A stretch of DNA of 64,000 nt from an uncultured delta proteobacterium (GCA_963789395.1 CAWBKP010000004.1:64001-128000); one strand, 5' to 3'. Counted from the stretch's first letter, positions 37,031 through 47,191 are shown. Notes: generated by a model from the sequence alone, not told the origin. Made by a program: numbers and translations.

Positions 37031-38227
37031 TTAATCATCTCTCCAGGCAATTTCGGCCTTCACATTGTCGATCAAGAAGCGCACTCCCTGATTATCGGAC
37101 GGGTTGAGCCATAGCATTCGATCAAAGATCTGTTCTGCTTCCTTGTATCGATCGAGACGCCATAGGCAGAGGCCATATCCATGCATGCAGCGAAGAAATG
37201 GCCTGTTATCAATGAATCCCCATTCAAGCAATCCGTCGAAGTCAGTCCCCAGTGACAGCTCGCCGATACGAAAGCCTACTTCATAATGGCGAATTGCCAT
37301 CTCGGGATGCTTTTCGAAATATAAATTGCCAAGGTGCGAATGAGCGTCCAGACAGCGAAGATCGGCACGGCAGAGTCCCATCAGAATCTCGTAAGCGGCG
37401 TCAATATCGCCTGAAGCTTTAAGTTCATTTGATTCGCTTATGGGGTCAGAATCGAAATCATCTGGGTCAACCCCAGGAAGAATTTGTTCCATCTCGAATT
37501 CCTGACGAGGACCCTTGGCGATAATCGGCTTTGCCCATTCATCGATAGGATCGCTTTCTTCACCCCAGTAATGCTCTGTCGGATCCCAAGTACCAAAATT
37601 CTTTAGCTTGAGAGGGACGAGATGAAGCGCCGAAACATCAAGGCGTACTGACTCGATTTCACCTGAAAGATACGGGTGACCGGCATAGCGCCACCACTTT
37701 CGAGGCTTGACAACCATGATCTCACCGGGAGTAGCATCCCAAATGTCTTTTGCCCGGAACGTTACGACACGATCATTTGCCAATATCCGGCAGCGCGCGG
37801 TCCTGCCTGTTGCCGAAAGCACAGCAAGTTCAACGGTATCACCCTCGTAGAGGTCAGCCCGCGTCTCTTTGTTCAGCGAGTTACGGGTGGCGGGGAATGG
37901 TTCTATACCCAGCCACTTGCGATAGCTGGCAATGAATCGGTTTCCAGCAGATCGACCGGATAACACAACATCTGAAGCTGCCACAATATATTCGGTGCCG
38001 TCCGTGCGCCGGCACTTTGCTGTCAACCCGCGCCGCTCGTTACCGTCGTAATCTATCCCTATCACCGTAACAGGTTCGCCTATGACGCTTCCTTGGCAAG
38101 GAAAGCCTACTTCGTCTTCAATGACCTGACAGAATGCCCGGAGTTGTTCATCATGAGAGTAGGTATCGACAGTGATTTCCTCAATCAGACGGTCCAGGGC
38201 AGCCAAGTCCTTATAGTAGTCATCCAT
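37031..38227 (-). CDS. CcbP-like N-terminal domain plus TPR-containing protein
   Basis: IEEITVDTYSHDEQ..F; C-terminal LDAHSHLGN, NRPFLR, LNPSDNQGVRF. Confidence 0.7.
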   Translation of the reverse strand: MDDYYKDLAALDRLIEEITVDTYSHDEQLRAFCQVIEDEVGFPCQGSVIGEPVTVIGIDYDGNERRGLTAKCRRTDGTEYIVAASDVVLSGRSAGNRFIASYRKWLGIEPFPATRNSLNKETRADLYEGDTVELAVLSATGRTARCRILANDRVVTFRAKDIWDATPGEIMVVKPRKWWRYAGHPYLSGEIESVRLDVSALHLVPLKLKNFGTWDPTEHYWGEESDPIDEWAKPIIAKGPRQEFEMEQILPGVDPDDFDSDPISESNELKASGDIDAAYEILMGLCRADLRCLDAHSHLGNLYFEKHPEMAIRHYEVGFRIGELSLGTDFDGLLEWGFIDNRPFLRCMHGYGLCLWRLDRYKEAEQIFDRMLWLNPSDNQGVRFLIDNVKAEIAWRDD

Positions 38228-38340
38228 TCGTCATCCTCCGCTGTCAACTCGGTGCTATTCTCAGGGAAAACCCAACCTGTTGTCAAACTGTTTCAAGAAA
38301 AATTTCGATCATCCCCCTTTGGCTTCGTTTTTAAGAAATT

Positions 38341-38628
38341 TTACTCCAAATGGGCCTGGCAGCCTTTCTTGAAGAAGTTGGTCCATATATGATATCCGAA
38401 GGTCTTGCGCAGGGTGTGCGATCCGTAATTCCCTTTAAGGTTGATGGCAGCGCACCAGCCCTTCACCAATCTATTGATCGACGGGACCGTCAACCGGTCA
38501 CCTTTCCTTGACCGGAACAGCGGGTCATTGTCATCCAGGTCCGCAGCTGTCTGCAGCTTCTGAATTGCATTGACCACGGCGGCGTTCAAGGTGATCCTCT
38601 GCTCCTTCGCAGTTTTCTGCAGGGCCAA
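38341..38628 (-). pseudogene. Tyrosine recombinase fragment
   Basis: QKTAK.QRITLN, PLFRSRKG, GNYGSHTLRKTFGYH; lacks the N-terminal Arg box and the C-terminal Tyr box. Confidence 0.8.
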
Positions 38629-38672
38629 TACCCGACTATCTCCGTTCTTCGGTGTCCGGGCTTAAAACAGGC

Positions 38673-38701
38673 TTGAAAAGTACCTCTTTATATTATATAA
38701 T
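38673..38701 (+). promoter_or_regulatory. Sigma70 promoter of parDE
   Basis: TTGAAA-17 nt-TATAAT. Confidence 0.7.
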
Positions 38702-38732
38702 AATATTAAATGATGTATAAGGAGGTTGTATT

Positions 38733-38975
38733 ATGCAAAAAAACACAAGCGTTACACTCGGCGTACATTATGAAAAATTTATTGCCCAACAGGTAGCCCA
38801 AGGCCATTTTGGCACTGTTAGCGAAGCTATAAGGGCTGGCTTGCGGCTTTTGGAGGAACGAGAAATCAAACTGGCAGCCTTGCGACGCGCTCTTGTGGAA
38901 GGCGAAGAAAGCGGAACCGCTGAATATTCACTTCATGGCTTGATTAGTTCGTTTGATCGCGAAGGAGTTGCTTGA
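38733..38975 (+). CDS. parD: ParD antitoxin
   Basis: NTSVTLG, SEAIRAGLRLLEE, ALVEGEESG. Confidence 0.9.
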   Translation: MQKNTSVTLGVHYEKFIAQQVAQGHFGTVSEAIRAGLRLLEEREIKLAALRRALVEGEESGTAEYSLHGLISSFDREGVA

Positions 38976-39277
38976 TGCCTTCTTTCACCCTTACCAAAAG
39001 GGCGCTTATCGATTTGGTGGAAATCGGAACTTACACACAAAAACATTGGGGGTGTGAACAGCGCAACAATTACCTGACCATGCTTGACGGTTGCTTTCAG
39101 CAATTAGCCGCCGATCCCCTTATGGGAAAAAATTGCAGTGAGATTCGGGAAGGCTACCGAAAAATGAGCGCCGGCAGCCATGTGATTTTTTACCGGCAAA
39201 AGCACAGCGGCAAGGTCGAGATAGTCCGTATTCTGCACGGACGCATGGATATTGATAGCAAATTTGCTACTTTGTAG
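38972..39277 (+). CDS. parE: ParE toxin
   Basis: ALIDLVEIGTYTQKHWG, EIREGYR, HVIFYR, IVRILHGRMD. Confidence 0.9.
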   Translation: MMPSFTLTKRALIDLVEIGTYTQKHWGCEQRNNYLTMLDGCFQQLAADPLMGKNCSEIREGYRKMSAGSHVIFYRQKHSGKVEIVRILHGRMDIDSKFATL

Positions 39278-39398
39278 GACCTCATCAATTTGTCCGATAA
39301 CAAGAATACACTTTTTTCCCTGAATGGATAAATATACTGTGCCACGCCTTTAAAGGGGATAACACGAATGCCTGTGATAAGCCGTTTTATGACATATA

Positions 39399-39588
39399 AT
39401 ATCTATTGTGGAAAGCCCGCTACGGTTCCGGATTAGAAAAATATTTGTATTGGAGAACTTTCTGCCACGGGTATAAGATAAGATAGCACCACACAATTTC
39501 AAAGCACATAAGCCCTGTTTGGTTCATTCCAGACAGGGCTTTTTTGTGCACTCCCCAGAAAGGGTTATCTGTTTACCAGAACATTGTC
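39399..39588 (+). repeat. Direct repeat (about 190 bp) of 55736-55926
   Basis: Near-identical; includes the 3' end of the 55487 gene and a terminator hairpin AGCCCTGTTTGG...CCAGACAGGGCT. Confidence 0.9.
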
Positions 39589-39805
39589 ATTCATCCCCGA
39601 CCCTGCCTATGTTCTGTCCAAGTTCTGCTAAGGCCAAAATTAATTGAGAAGATTGGTACTGAATTTATTGGTTATACATGACAACGAAAAGGTGCGTTGC
39701 CTGCCTGAGAAATAAGACAGGCAACGAATATGAGTAAACTGCTAAATATTTTGCCCCAAAAGAGGGGCAAAAGGGCATGATTTATAGCCTAACTTTATCG
39801 AAAAT

Positions 39806-41569
39806 CTATCTTGATTTTGGTGGTAACTTTATATTTCCCCTATCGTGGGGGAACGGGTTATTGTGGGGCACCGGCTTATCGCGGGGCACTCTCATATCGT
39901 GGGGCACAGTCACAGTTACATCCTGATTCGATGTGTTGCCGGAAGCATCCATGCAGGTGATGGTTATCGTATAAATACGGCCAGTTCCGTTTCCCAATCT
40001 ATCAGCCCGCAATTTAACATGATGAGCGTCCACAATGGAATAATCCGAACTGTTAATGGGTTCGTTGCTGGTTATACTGCTAATATGACAAACAACTGCT
40101 TCATTGCTGTTATCAGTGGCATTGTAATTAATGGCAACGTTAACCATTTTTTTGTTTACAGGCCAGATTATTGAGGGGTTTGCTGATGCATTTGTTATCG
40201 TTGGTGGGACAGTATCATCCACGTAAACGTCATCAACATCAACAAGCATATAACCGGATTGGTTGGAAGTGGCATTTACACGTGATTGCAGCGAACGAAG
40301 GGGGCCGTTTGACCAAGGTGCATAAGCATCCGTCAAAATATCGTAGGTTTTCTGCTCACCGTTGCAAGAAAAAACTATTTGTTTCTGAATCGGATCAAAG
40401 GTCAGCCCCAGAATAACTGGAATATCGAATTTAATTTCAGTTGTAAATTTGCTGTCGATGAGTATTTCCCAAGTGCCATAGTTTGCATCTTTTGCTCTTT
40501 CAGCATAGTACTTGGCAAACAAACCGCTATCGTCCATCCTTATTGACACCATCGCCCAGACATTGCCCTCCCAACCATTGTATGCCTTTCCGCTGCCTGG
40601 CCCATAAGTATCATTATACATGTAACCGACGTTACGGGTTTGTCCAATTGCTTCTGCTGAAAGATTGCTGCCGGTTTTAACAGTAAAGGCGGCCTCAACA
40701 TGCTGGGCCTGATTCGCTGCCAGGGATATCGAATTGGTTGTTTTGGATACCTGACCCGCATTATGGACGGATAGGTCTAGCTTATTATTATCAATTTTTC
40801 GAACTATTTCTGAAGTCGCCCATTTGCTGCCATCCAGCGGCTCATTATCAAAACTGTCATAGTCTACGTTATTAACTTTGACGTTATCAAAAGTGGCAGA
40901 AATAAACTTTCGATCACAATTATTTTGACATCCAGTACCTACAGCCAATCTCGCCCAGTTAACCGATGCACCTCCAGTACGAACTGGCCCTGAAAATTTT
41001 ATCTCTGTGCTGTCCACACTACAAGTAAACTGATTAGTAGAAGAATCATAAGCTATCTTGGTTTTATATGACGTGTTAATATTCAGAGCGACTGGAATAG
41101 GGCCAGAAATACCAGGATTCACGCCAGCCTGCAAATAATACCACGACACAATTTGGCCAGGTTGGGGACCTTTACCAACATTGAGTATGACAAACACTGT
41201 TCCAGCGGAGCTATCATAAAAGGTGCCCGAAATTACCGCAGAGGCAAAACCATCTTCAACCAATGATCCATCTTTTATTGTAATATCTGCTTCAATAGAG
41301 TTGATGCCTGCTGGATTTTTGAAATCACAGTTATTCCAACCGTTACCATTATTGCTTGCATAATATAACGACAATTCTCCGTTTTCCACCTTAACTACCT
41401 GCTCCAGTGGAGACCATTTGGCAGGATCTATAAACTGTCCCGAAAAATCATCATACAGCACATTCTCAGCAGCTATGCCAACACCTCCCAATATCACCGC
41501 CCATACACAAAAAAGAATGACAACCATTTGAATATGCAAACCCTTTTTGTTTCGTTTTAAAATTTTCAT
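39806..41569 (-). CDS. Secreted beta-rich protein with an internal repeat and an Ig/HYR-like C-terminal domain
   Basis: Signal peptide; YDDFSG..KW / YDSFDN..KW repeat; PSIIWPVNKKMV...LRADRLGNGTGRIYTITITCMDASGN. Confidence 0.75.
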   Translation of the reverse strand: MKILKRNKKGLHIQMVVILFCVWAVILGGVGIAAENVLYDDFSGQFIDPAKWSPLEQVVKVENGELSLYYASNNGNGWNNCDFKNPAGINSIEADITIKDGSLVEDGFASAVISGTFYDSSAGTVFVILNVGKGPQPGQIVSWYYLQAGVNPGISGPIPVALNINTSYKTKIAYDSSTNQFTCSVDSTEIKFSGPVRTGGASVNWARLAVGTGCQNNCDRKFISATFDNVKVNNVDYDSFDNEPLDGSKWATSEIVRKIDNNKLDLSVHNAGQVSKTTNSISLAANQAQHVEAAFTVKTGSNLSAEAIGQTRNVGYMYNDTYGPGSGKAYNGWEGNVWAMVSIRMDDSGLFAKYYAERAKDANYGTWEILIDSKFTTEIKFDIPVILGLTFDPIQKQIVFSCNGEQKTYDILTDAYAPWSNGPLRSLQSRVNATSNQSGYMLVDVDDVYVDDTVPPTITNASANPSIIWPVNKKMVNVAINYNATDNSNEAVVCHISSITSNEPINSSDYSIVDAHHVKLRADRLGNGTGRIYTITITCMDASGNTSNQDVTVTVPHDMRVPRDKPVPHNNPFPHDRGNIKLPPKSR

Positions 41570-42016
41570 TAAAACTTCCTTTCATGACAGATAATTGTGA
41601 ATGATTAATAATCCATGGCAATACAGAAGCCAGATCAGCTTTCGTCACTTTATCCCTTACCATCATTCAGGACATGGCTGAATCCGGCACATCCAGCTTG
41701 TTGTAACGCATCGAATTGATTATACAGTTGGACACCTACCCATCTACAGATATTATTTTATACGAGAGTAGAGTTTAATCTCATTTTAAATAAGAAACAC
41801 TAAAAATATTTACATATATATTTAAGTATTTTAAAAGGGTGATTGTTTGATCAGCAACTCTTCTATTTATTGTTTTTCAGTATTTTGTCGCTGTAGCAAG
41901 GCATTTTCGGGCCCAAAAAAAGACAATAAGTCTATTATAAAAAGTGTTTCACTCCATACTGCGGTATAAAGATAAAAACAATGAGTATTTTCATAATTCA
42001 TTAGTGGGTAAATTTG

Positions 42017-42388
42017 CTACCCATCGAGGAGCTTTTTGTCGCCGCTCACAATAGCTTCCACCCCTGCGGCAACGGCACAGGAAAGAAAAATGTCATCACC
42101 CGGATCCCGACAGGTGCCCAGGATAACTTCGCAAGTCTCTACAACGTCAAAATATGGCAACACCTCGTCTTCGATGAGTACCCTGATTTCCGACTCCGAG
42201 AGTGCAAATCGTGGATAGGCGAGCACCCTTCTGAATTCCTCAAAAGTAGCCCGGGAGAATACCGGCACGACGTCGCCGCTTTTCCACTTGACGACAAGGC
42301 GATTTAGCCTGCCGCCAAACAGGAGCGCCGAGACAAGCACGTTTGTGTCCAGAACAATGCGGATCACTTGGGGTTCTGTCTTGACCAC
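42017..42388 (-). pseudogene. PIN-domain toxin (3' truncated)
   Basis: IVLDTNVLVSALL, CRDPGDDIFL, IVSGDK; shorter than the copy at 51.2 kb. Confidence 0.8.
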
Positions 42389-42603
42389 CGAATGGCCTCC
42401 ACCAAGTCCTCCTCGACAACGCCAAGCTTTTCCATCTTTTTACGGATCCCCGCCAGATCAGTGGCGATGGGCCGAATTCGAACAGGTTCGAGAATGATCC
42501 GGCCATCTTGAACGACGGCATCGAAGTATTCTATCCCCTTGAATACCTTCACTACCTCTCGCGGCAGCGTGATCTGGTTTTTGGTCGTTAATTTTGCAAG
42601 CAT
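42364..42603 (-). CDS. AbrB/MazE-fold antitoxin
   Basis: MLAKLTTKNQITLP, GRIILEPV. Confidence 0.85.
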   Translation of the reverse strand: MLAKLTTKNQITLPREVVKVFKGIEYFDAVVQDGRIILEPVRIRPIATDLAGIRKKMEKLGVVEEDLVEAIRWSRQNPK

Positions 42604-42779
42604 TCCTTTTCTCCTTACAATAAGAATATCGTTTTTCATTATTGCGTCAAGAATAAAATCTTCATTTATCTGCCCCGCCCTCCGCAGCCTCCCGCCCTCA
42701 GTCTTTTTTTTCTTGACCGCTCAGAATCAAATGTTTAAACTACGTATATACATAAAGCTGCTGGTGTGAGGAGGATTCT

Positions 42780-43031
42780 ATGACCGAAGCCGTGTTGGAT
42801 ATCAAAAAGTGGGGAAATAGCCTGGGTGTTCGCCTGCCTTCGGCAGTGGCTCGCGCTGCACATTTGCATGTCGATCAACGTGTGCGCATTTCAGTGGAAG
42901 ACAGGATCATCGTGATTCGGCCCTTGGACAACGAGGAGCTTACCCTGGACCAACGCCTTGCCCGGTTTGACCCGGCCCGGCATGGCGGCGAGATCATGCA
43001 GGGTCAGTCTGTTGGGGCTGAGCTGTGGTAA
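42780..43031 (+). CDS. mazE: MazE antitoxin
   Basis: KKWGNSLGVRLP. Confidence 0.9.
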   Translation: MTEAVLDIKKWGNSLGVRLPSAVARAAHLHVDQRVRISVEDRIIVIRPLDNEELTLDQRLARFDPARHGGEIMQGQSVGAELW

Positions 43032-43423
43032 TGACGCGAAAAAACACCGCTGCCACCCCCCCGTGGGCGCCGGATCGACAGGATGTCATCTGGATCGATT
43101 GCAACCCCCAGACAGGACTGGAAATGCGAGACGTGCACCCTTTTCTGGTGCTTTCTCCGAGAAACTTCAACACCACCACGTCACTGGTTATCGGCTTGCC
43201 CATGACCACGGCGGAATATAATGCCGACAACCCATTTGCCGTTGCTGTCGGGCAGGCCAAAGGTCGGAGTAAGGCAGGAAAAATCAGCTACGTGCTTTGC
43301 CACCAGCCAAAATCTTTCGACTGGCGAGTGCGCGGCGCACGGCCGCATCCGCTCAAAAGATTGCCGGATGTTCGCTTTGCTGATGTATGCCGTCGCCTGA
43401 ATCAGATCATCCAGCTGGGGTAG
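43031..43423 (+). CDS. mazF: MazF/PemK toxin
   Basis: DVIWIDCNPQTGLEM..HPFLVLS, GLPMTT, CHQPKSFDWRVR. Confidence 0.9.
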   Translation: MTRKNTAATPPWAPDRQDVIWIDCNPQTGLEMRDVHPFLVLSPRNFNTTTSLVIGLPMTTAEYNADNPFAVAVGQAKGRSKAGKISYVLCHQPKSFDWRVRGARPHPLKRLPDVRFADVCRRLNQIIQLG

Positions 43424-43506
43424 TTCCCTCCCGCCCTCACGCCTTCACCCCCTCCCGCTCTCCCGCCCTCACACCTCTTGCCCATTATCCCGGTATCTGA
43501 TACAAG
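43424..43506 (+). repeat. Octamer repeat spacer CCCTC(A/C)CG plus promoter motif
   Basis: Starts at the mazF stop codon; followed by TTGCCC-17-TACAAG. Confidence 0.85.
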
Positions 43507-43510
43507 ACAA

Positions 43511-43928
43511 AGGTGTGATTGCTCAAAAACTTCAACACCTCGACACCGTACTAACCGAGCTGCGATCACTGGGATGCCTGACGGTTCAGGATCTGGAAAT
43601 GGACTGGCGCACCAAAAGGGCTGTGGAGCGAAGCCTGCAAATCCTGGTGGAAATTGTGATTGACGTTTGCCAAAGAATTCTTTCACGGTTGTGACAAACG
43701 CCGGCAACAACCGGCAGGGATGCAATGGATCGGATTATCGCATTGGGGATTCTGGGACAACTGGATGCTTATTCAAAAATGGTTCAATTTCGAAATTTTG
43801 TTGTGCACCGGTATGAACAGGTGGATAATGAGATCCTTGCGGATATGGTGAATCGCCGGTTGGTGGACTTCGAGTCTTTTCGCAATGAAATTCTTGCATA
43901 TCTCAAACGGACACGCCATGAAGATTGA
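43511..43928 (+). pseudogene. HepT (DUF86) toxin pseudogene
   Basis: Copy of 59548-59973 lacking the start and with an internal TGA near 43692. Confidence 0.85.
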
Positions 43929-44289
43929 TTGGCAACCCATAACGGTTTGTATGTCCCGGAACAGCAATGTGGTGGCGGCCTGGATTTTTGGTTCGGCTCA
44001 GGGCGGAACCGTCCGTTCCGGAGGAGACATCGATATCGGGGTGTTTTTTTGCAGGAAACCTTCTCTGGACGAATTGGCCGGTCTCCGGAGCTGCCTGCAA
44101 CAGGTATTGGCATTTGAAGAAATCGATCTGGTTGTGCTGAATGATGCATCCCCCATCTTGCGCTTTGAGGCTGCCTCCGGCCGGCCGGTATATGTGAATG
44201 ATTTGGAAAGCCGGGCTGCTTTTGTCTCGCTGACAGCACGCGAATATGAAGATGAAATGGCACAATGGCGCATGGCCCTATCGGCATGA
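43918..44289 (+). CDS. MntA-type minimal nucleotidyltransferase antitoxin
   Basis: IFGSAQGG...GDIDIGV, IDLVVLN. Confidence 0.88.
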   Translation: MKIDWQPITVCMSRNSNVVAAWIFGSAQGGTVRSGGDIDIGVFFCRKPSLDELAGLRSCLQQVLAFEEIDLVVLNDASPILRFEAASGRPVYVNDLESRAAFVSLTAREYEDEMAQWRMALSA

Positions 44290-44354
44290 GAAAGTGGGCG
44301 GGCCTTTCAACGTTCGGGACGGCAATTGAAGCGTTCCTTGCCGGCATCTAAATC

Positions 44355-44525
44355 CCACACCCTTCGCCTTTTTTTGCCTATAGTCCCATTTTATCGCCCT
44401 CCGCCTCCGCCCCTGACCTATTTTCCCCCTTACGCCCTCACGCTCTCCCGTCTTCACGCCTTTACCCCTCCCGCCCTCCCGCCCTTTTCTACCCTATTGC
44501 CTGTTATCCCGATATCTGTTACAAA
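44355..44525 (+). repeat. Mixed heptamer/octamer spacer plus promoter motif
   Basis: CCCTCACG CTCTCCCG TCTTCACG CCTTTACC CCTCCCG CCCTCCCG; TTGCCT-17-TACAAA. Confidence 0.85.
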
Positions 44526-44581
44526 ATAAATGAATCCGGAATATGGCGGGAAAAAGTTTTTATAAAAGGAAACACCGATTT

Positions 44582-44821
44582 ATGTTTGAAAAACCGTTAT
44601 TTATACGTGTTGAATGGGACGAGGAATCGAAGGTCTGGGTAGCGACCAGTGACGATGTTGCAGGGTTGGCAACGGAAGAAGATACAATTGAAAAATTAAT
44701 TGAAAAATTAAAAATTCTAATTCCAGAGCTTTTGGTTGCCAATGGGATGTCCGGTGAATTTGAGGTACCTTTTGAAATACTGGCTCGCAGTTTTGAGATA
44801 GCCAGATGCGCAAAAATCTGA
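44582..44821 (+). CDS. HicB-like (DUF1902) antitoxin
   Basis: WDEESKVWVATSDDVAGLATE. Confidence 0.85.
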   Translation: MFEKPLFIRVEWDEESKVWVATSDDVAGLATEEDTIEKLIEKLKILIPELLVANGMSGEFEVPFEILARSFEIARCAKI

Positions 44822-45015
44822 TGTCGGACTTCTCCCCGCAACTGAAAAGATATTTAAAAGAAGCAGGATGCTATTTTGAGCGCCAGGGAAAAGGGGATCA
44901 TGAGATTTGGTACAGCCCGTTGAGCTGTATACGATTTGTTGTAGACGATGCCATAAAGTCCCGACATACTGCCAATGCTGTGTTGAAACAAGCCGGGTTA
45001 TCAAAAAAATTCTAA
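44821..45015 (+). CDS. hicA: HicA toxin
   Basis: RQGKGDHEIW, SRHTANAVLKQAG. Confidence 0.88.
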   Translation: MSDFSPQLKRYLKEAGCYFERQGKGDHEIWYSPLSCIRFVVDDAIKSRHTANAVLKQAGLSKKF

Positions 45016-45045
45016 TACGTTTTTAGCTTGTTATGGATTAAAGTT

Positions 45046-45145
45046 GCCCCCGCCCTTTTTTGCTTTTCCCATCGCCTTTCGCCCCTCGGCTGCTGTTATC
45101 GCCCTTCCGCCCTCACGCCTTCACCCTCTCACGTTTATCTTGACA
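45046..45145 (+). repeat. Heptamer/octamer spacer ending at TTGACA
   Basis: CCCATCG CCTTTCG CCCCTCG; CCCTCACG CCTTCACC CTCTCACG. Confidence 0.8.
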
Positions 45146-45212
45146 CTTTTTTCAATTGGGGTAATAAATAAGAGTAGTCCGATCCCCCCTAAACACAGGT
45201 AAAGCATTGGCG

Positions 45213-45503
45213 ATGACTGAAAAAGATATATTGGACATCTTGCGGAAGGAAAAACGATACCTTCAGGAGAATTTTGGACTGCTGTCGATCGGATTGTTTG
45301 GCTCCTATTCCAAAGGCAAGCAGGGACCTGATAGTGATATCGACCTTCTTGTAGAATTGTCTGAACCACGCTTTGATTTTCTTGCAGGGATACAGATATA
45401 CCTGGAAGACAGAATAGGGAAACGAGTCGAGGTTATCCGAAAGAGAAAAAATTTACGTGATCAATTTTTAAGCCGGATTGAAAAAAGCATACATTATGTT
45501 TGA
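45213..45503 (+). CDS. Minimal nucleotidyltransferase antitoxin (partner toxin lost)
   Basis: GLFGSYSKG...DSDIDLLVE. Confidence 0.88.
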   Translation: MTEKDILDILRKEKRYLQENFGLLSIGLFGSYSKGKQGPDSDIDLLVELSEPRFDFLAGIQIYLEDRIGKRVEVIRKRKNLRDQFLSRIEKSIHYV

Positions 45504-45799
45504 AGATGAATGAAGTGGTGCTGAAGATGCGCAATTCAATTTCGGAAAGCTCGAGATTAAAACCTTTTCCGTGAAAAAATCCTGGAATTTTCTTTATAGA
45601 ACGGAAAGATTTGCTTGAAGACGCTGAGACTGAGGCTATCATCGATATGAATCTCGCTTTAGCGATTGAAGCGGGAGATACGGGGGAATGCGGGGGTCCC
45701 CAAAAACTGGACAATGTGCGAAGCTCCGGGCCATAACCTGAAAAGGATGCTGTCTATGACAGCCTATAATTTTGGCGATGTTGTACTGATTGACTTTCA

Positions 45800-46134
45800 T
45801 CCGGTTGTCCCTTCTGACCCCGGAGGAAGTCGGGATATCCAGTATTGTTGCTGCTGAGCACTGATTCGGTGTTGCCAATTCACAGAAGAAAAAAAAGAAT
45901 GAATCCGCCTTGAAAGATTTTCTGGATTTTGTCACCCTGCTGGATTGGCCTTGCGTGGCATCTCCTCTTTATGGACAGATTCGTGGACAGCTTCAGAAAC
46001 AGGGAACGCCGATCGGCGCCATGGAACTTCTCATTGCTTCTCATGCCCTGTTTATCGATACGGTACTGGTGACAAACAACACAAAGGAATTCGAACGCGT
46101 ACCTGATCTGAAACTTGAAAACTGGCACTTGTAG
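45800..46134 (+). pseudogene. VapC toxin, 5'-truncated
   Basis: ISSIVAAE, GTPIGAMELLIASHA, LVTNNTKEFERV. Confidence 0.85.
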
Positions 46135-46210
46135 CCCTCCCGCTTTTACCCCTTCACGCCCTCCCGCTCTCACGGCTTTTAAGCCCTCCCCATAGCCTAC
46201 TATAGACCCT
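46135..46210 (+). repeat. Octamer/heptamer spacer
   Basis: Begins at the vapC stop: CCCTCCCG CTTTTACC CCTTCACG CCCTCCCG CTCTCACG. Confidence 0.85.
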
Positions 46211-46220
46211 TTAATTTCCT

Positions 46221-46421
46221 AACTACTCAAGTATCCAGGAGTCAGAATTCAGGAGCCAGAATGAGGGACCCAGCAAACCCGTTTTTTCCAATATTGTCCA
46301 AAAGTCCCTTGGTGATGTTACTGAGCCAGCCCGCTTGATTGAAGAAGACGCCAAATTTCTCGAAGGTTATATGCGGGCCATTCTGAGTTCTGGCTCCTGA
46401 GTTCGGTATACCTGAGTAGTT
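46221..46421. mobile_element. Inverted-repeat mini-element enclosing a probable four-helix-bundle (IVP-like) gene relic
   Basis: 14-bp terminal IR AACTACTCA(A/G)GTAT; inner heptamer IRs CAGGAGCCAGAA; internal MRDPA... and LIEEDAKFLEGYMRAILSS. Confidence 0.6.
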
Positions 46422-46601
46422 GCTAATTTTCTTGAAAATATGTTCAAATCGACTTATACATATAACGTAAAGGCAGCTTTGAACACCCTGTGCCTCAGGT
46501 TGCGTGCCGAACCGAATTGAAAAAGACAGGATTTTGGAATAATCCAGACCCGTGATCGGTTGATAATAGCGATAGAAGCGGTTCCTGAAGGGGGAAAAAA
46601 T

Positions 46602-46814
46602 ATGCGATTTAAAGTCATATTGAGACCGGATTTGGAGGATGGGGGATTCAACGTGAGTTGCCCTGCTCTACCTGGCTGTCATTCCCAGGGAGAAACAGAA
46701 ACAGAAGCTGTTGCCAATATACAGGAAGCCATCGAGGGATGCCTTGAAGTTCTTAATGAACGCGCACATATCTGTCACCCTGATGAACAGATACTTGAAG
46801 TGGCTATTGGATGA
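46602..46814 (+). CDS. hicB: HicB antitoxin
   Basis: EDGGFNVSCPALPGCHSQGET..EA..NIQEAI. Confidence 0.9.
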   Translation: MRFKVILRPDLEDGGFNVSCPALPGCHSQGETETEAVANIQEAIEGCLEVLNERAHICHPDEQILEVAIG

Positions 46815-46963
46815 CGCGTTTAGGCTCATACTCAGGTGATCGAGTGGTGCGAGCCTTTCAACGGGCGGGATGGAAAATATCACCACAAAAAGGCAGCCAT
46901 GTGATTATGGAAAAAGCGGGTTTCGATCCAACGCTCTCTATACCGGAAACAAAAGATTTTTAA
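46811..46963 (+). pseudogene. HicA toxin, 3'-truncated
   Basis: MTRLGSYSGDRVVRAFQRAGW..QKGSHVIMEK...LSIP then stop at 50 aa. Confidence 0.8.
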
Positions 46964-46984
46964 TAACAGGTTTCAAGGAGGCAA

Positions 46985-47191
46985 ATGATGAAAGCTTATG
47001 AATACTTGGCTGAAATATTGCCGGATGGACATCTGTCAATTCCCGAAAACCTGATGGAAAAACTGATCGGAGAGTCTAAAATCAGGGTTATGCTTTTACT
47101 CGAAGATGAGGATACGCTTTGGAGCAATTTCGCTATGTCACAATTTATAAAAGGTTACCCTGAAAAGGATGCTGTCTATGACAGCCTTTAA
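46985..47191 (+). CDS. Putative antitoxin (small acidic protein)
   Basis: 68 aa; overlaps the start of a MazF-like gene. Confidence 0.7.
   Translation: MMKAYEYLAEILPDGHLSIPENLMEKLIGESKIRVMLLLEDEDTLWSNFAMSQFIKGYPEKDAVYDSL

Noticed and set aside
43692..43694. In-frame TGA in hepT as selenocysteine
   Set aside because: The intact copy has GGG (Gly) at this position and this copy also lacks its start
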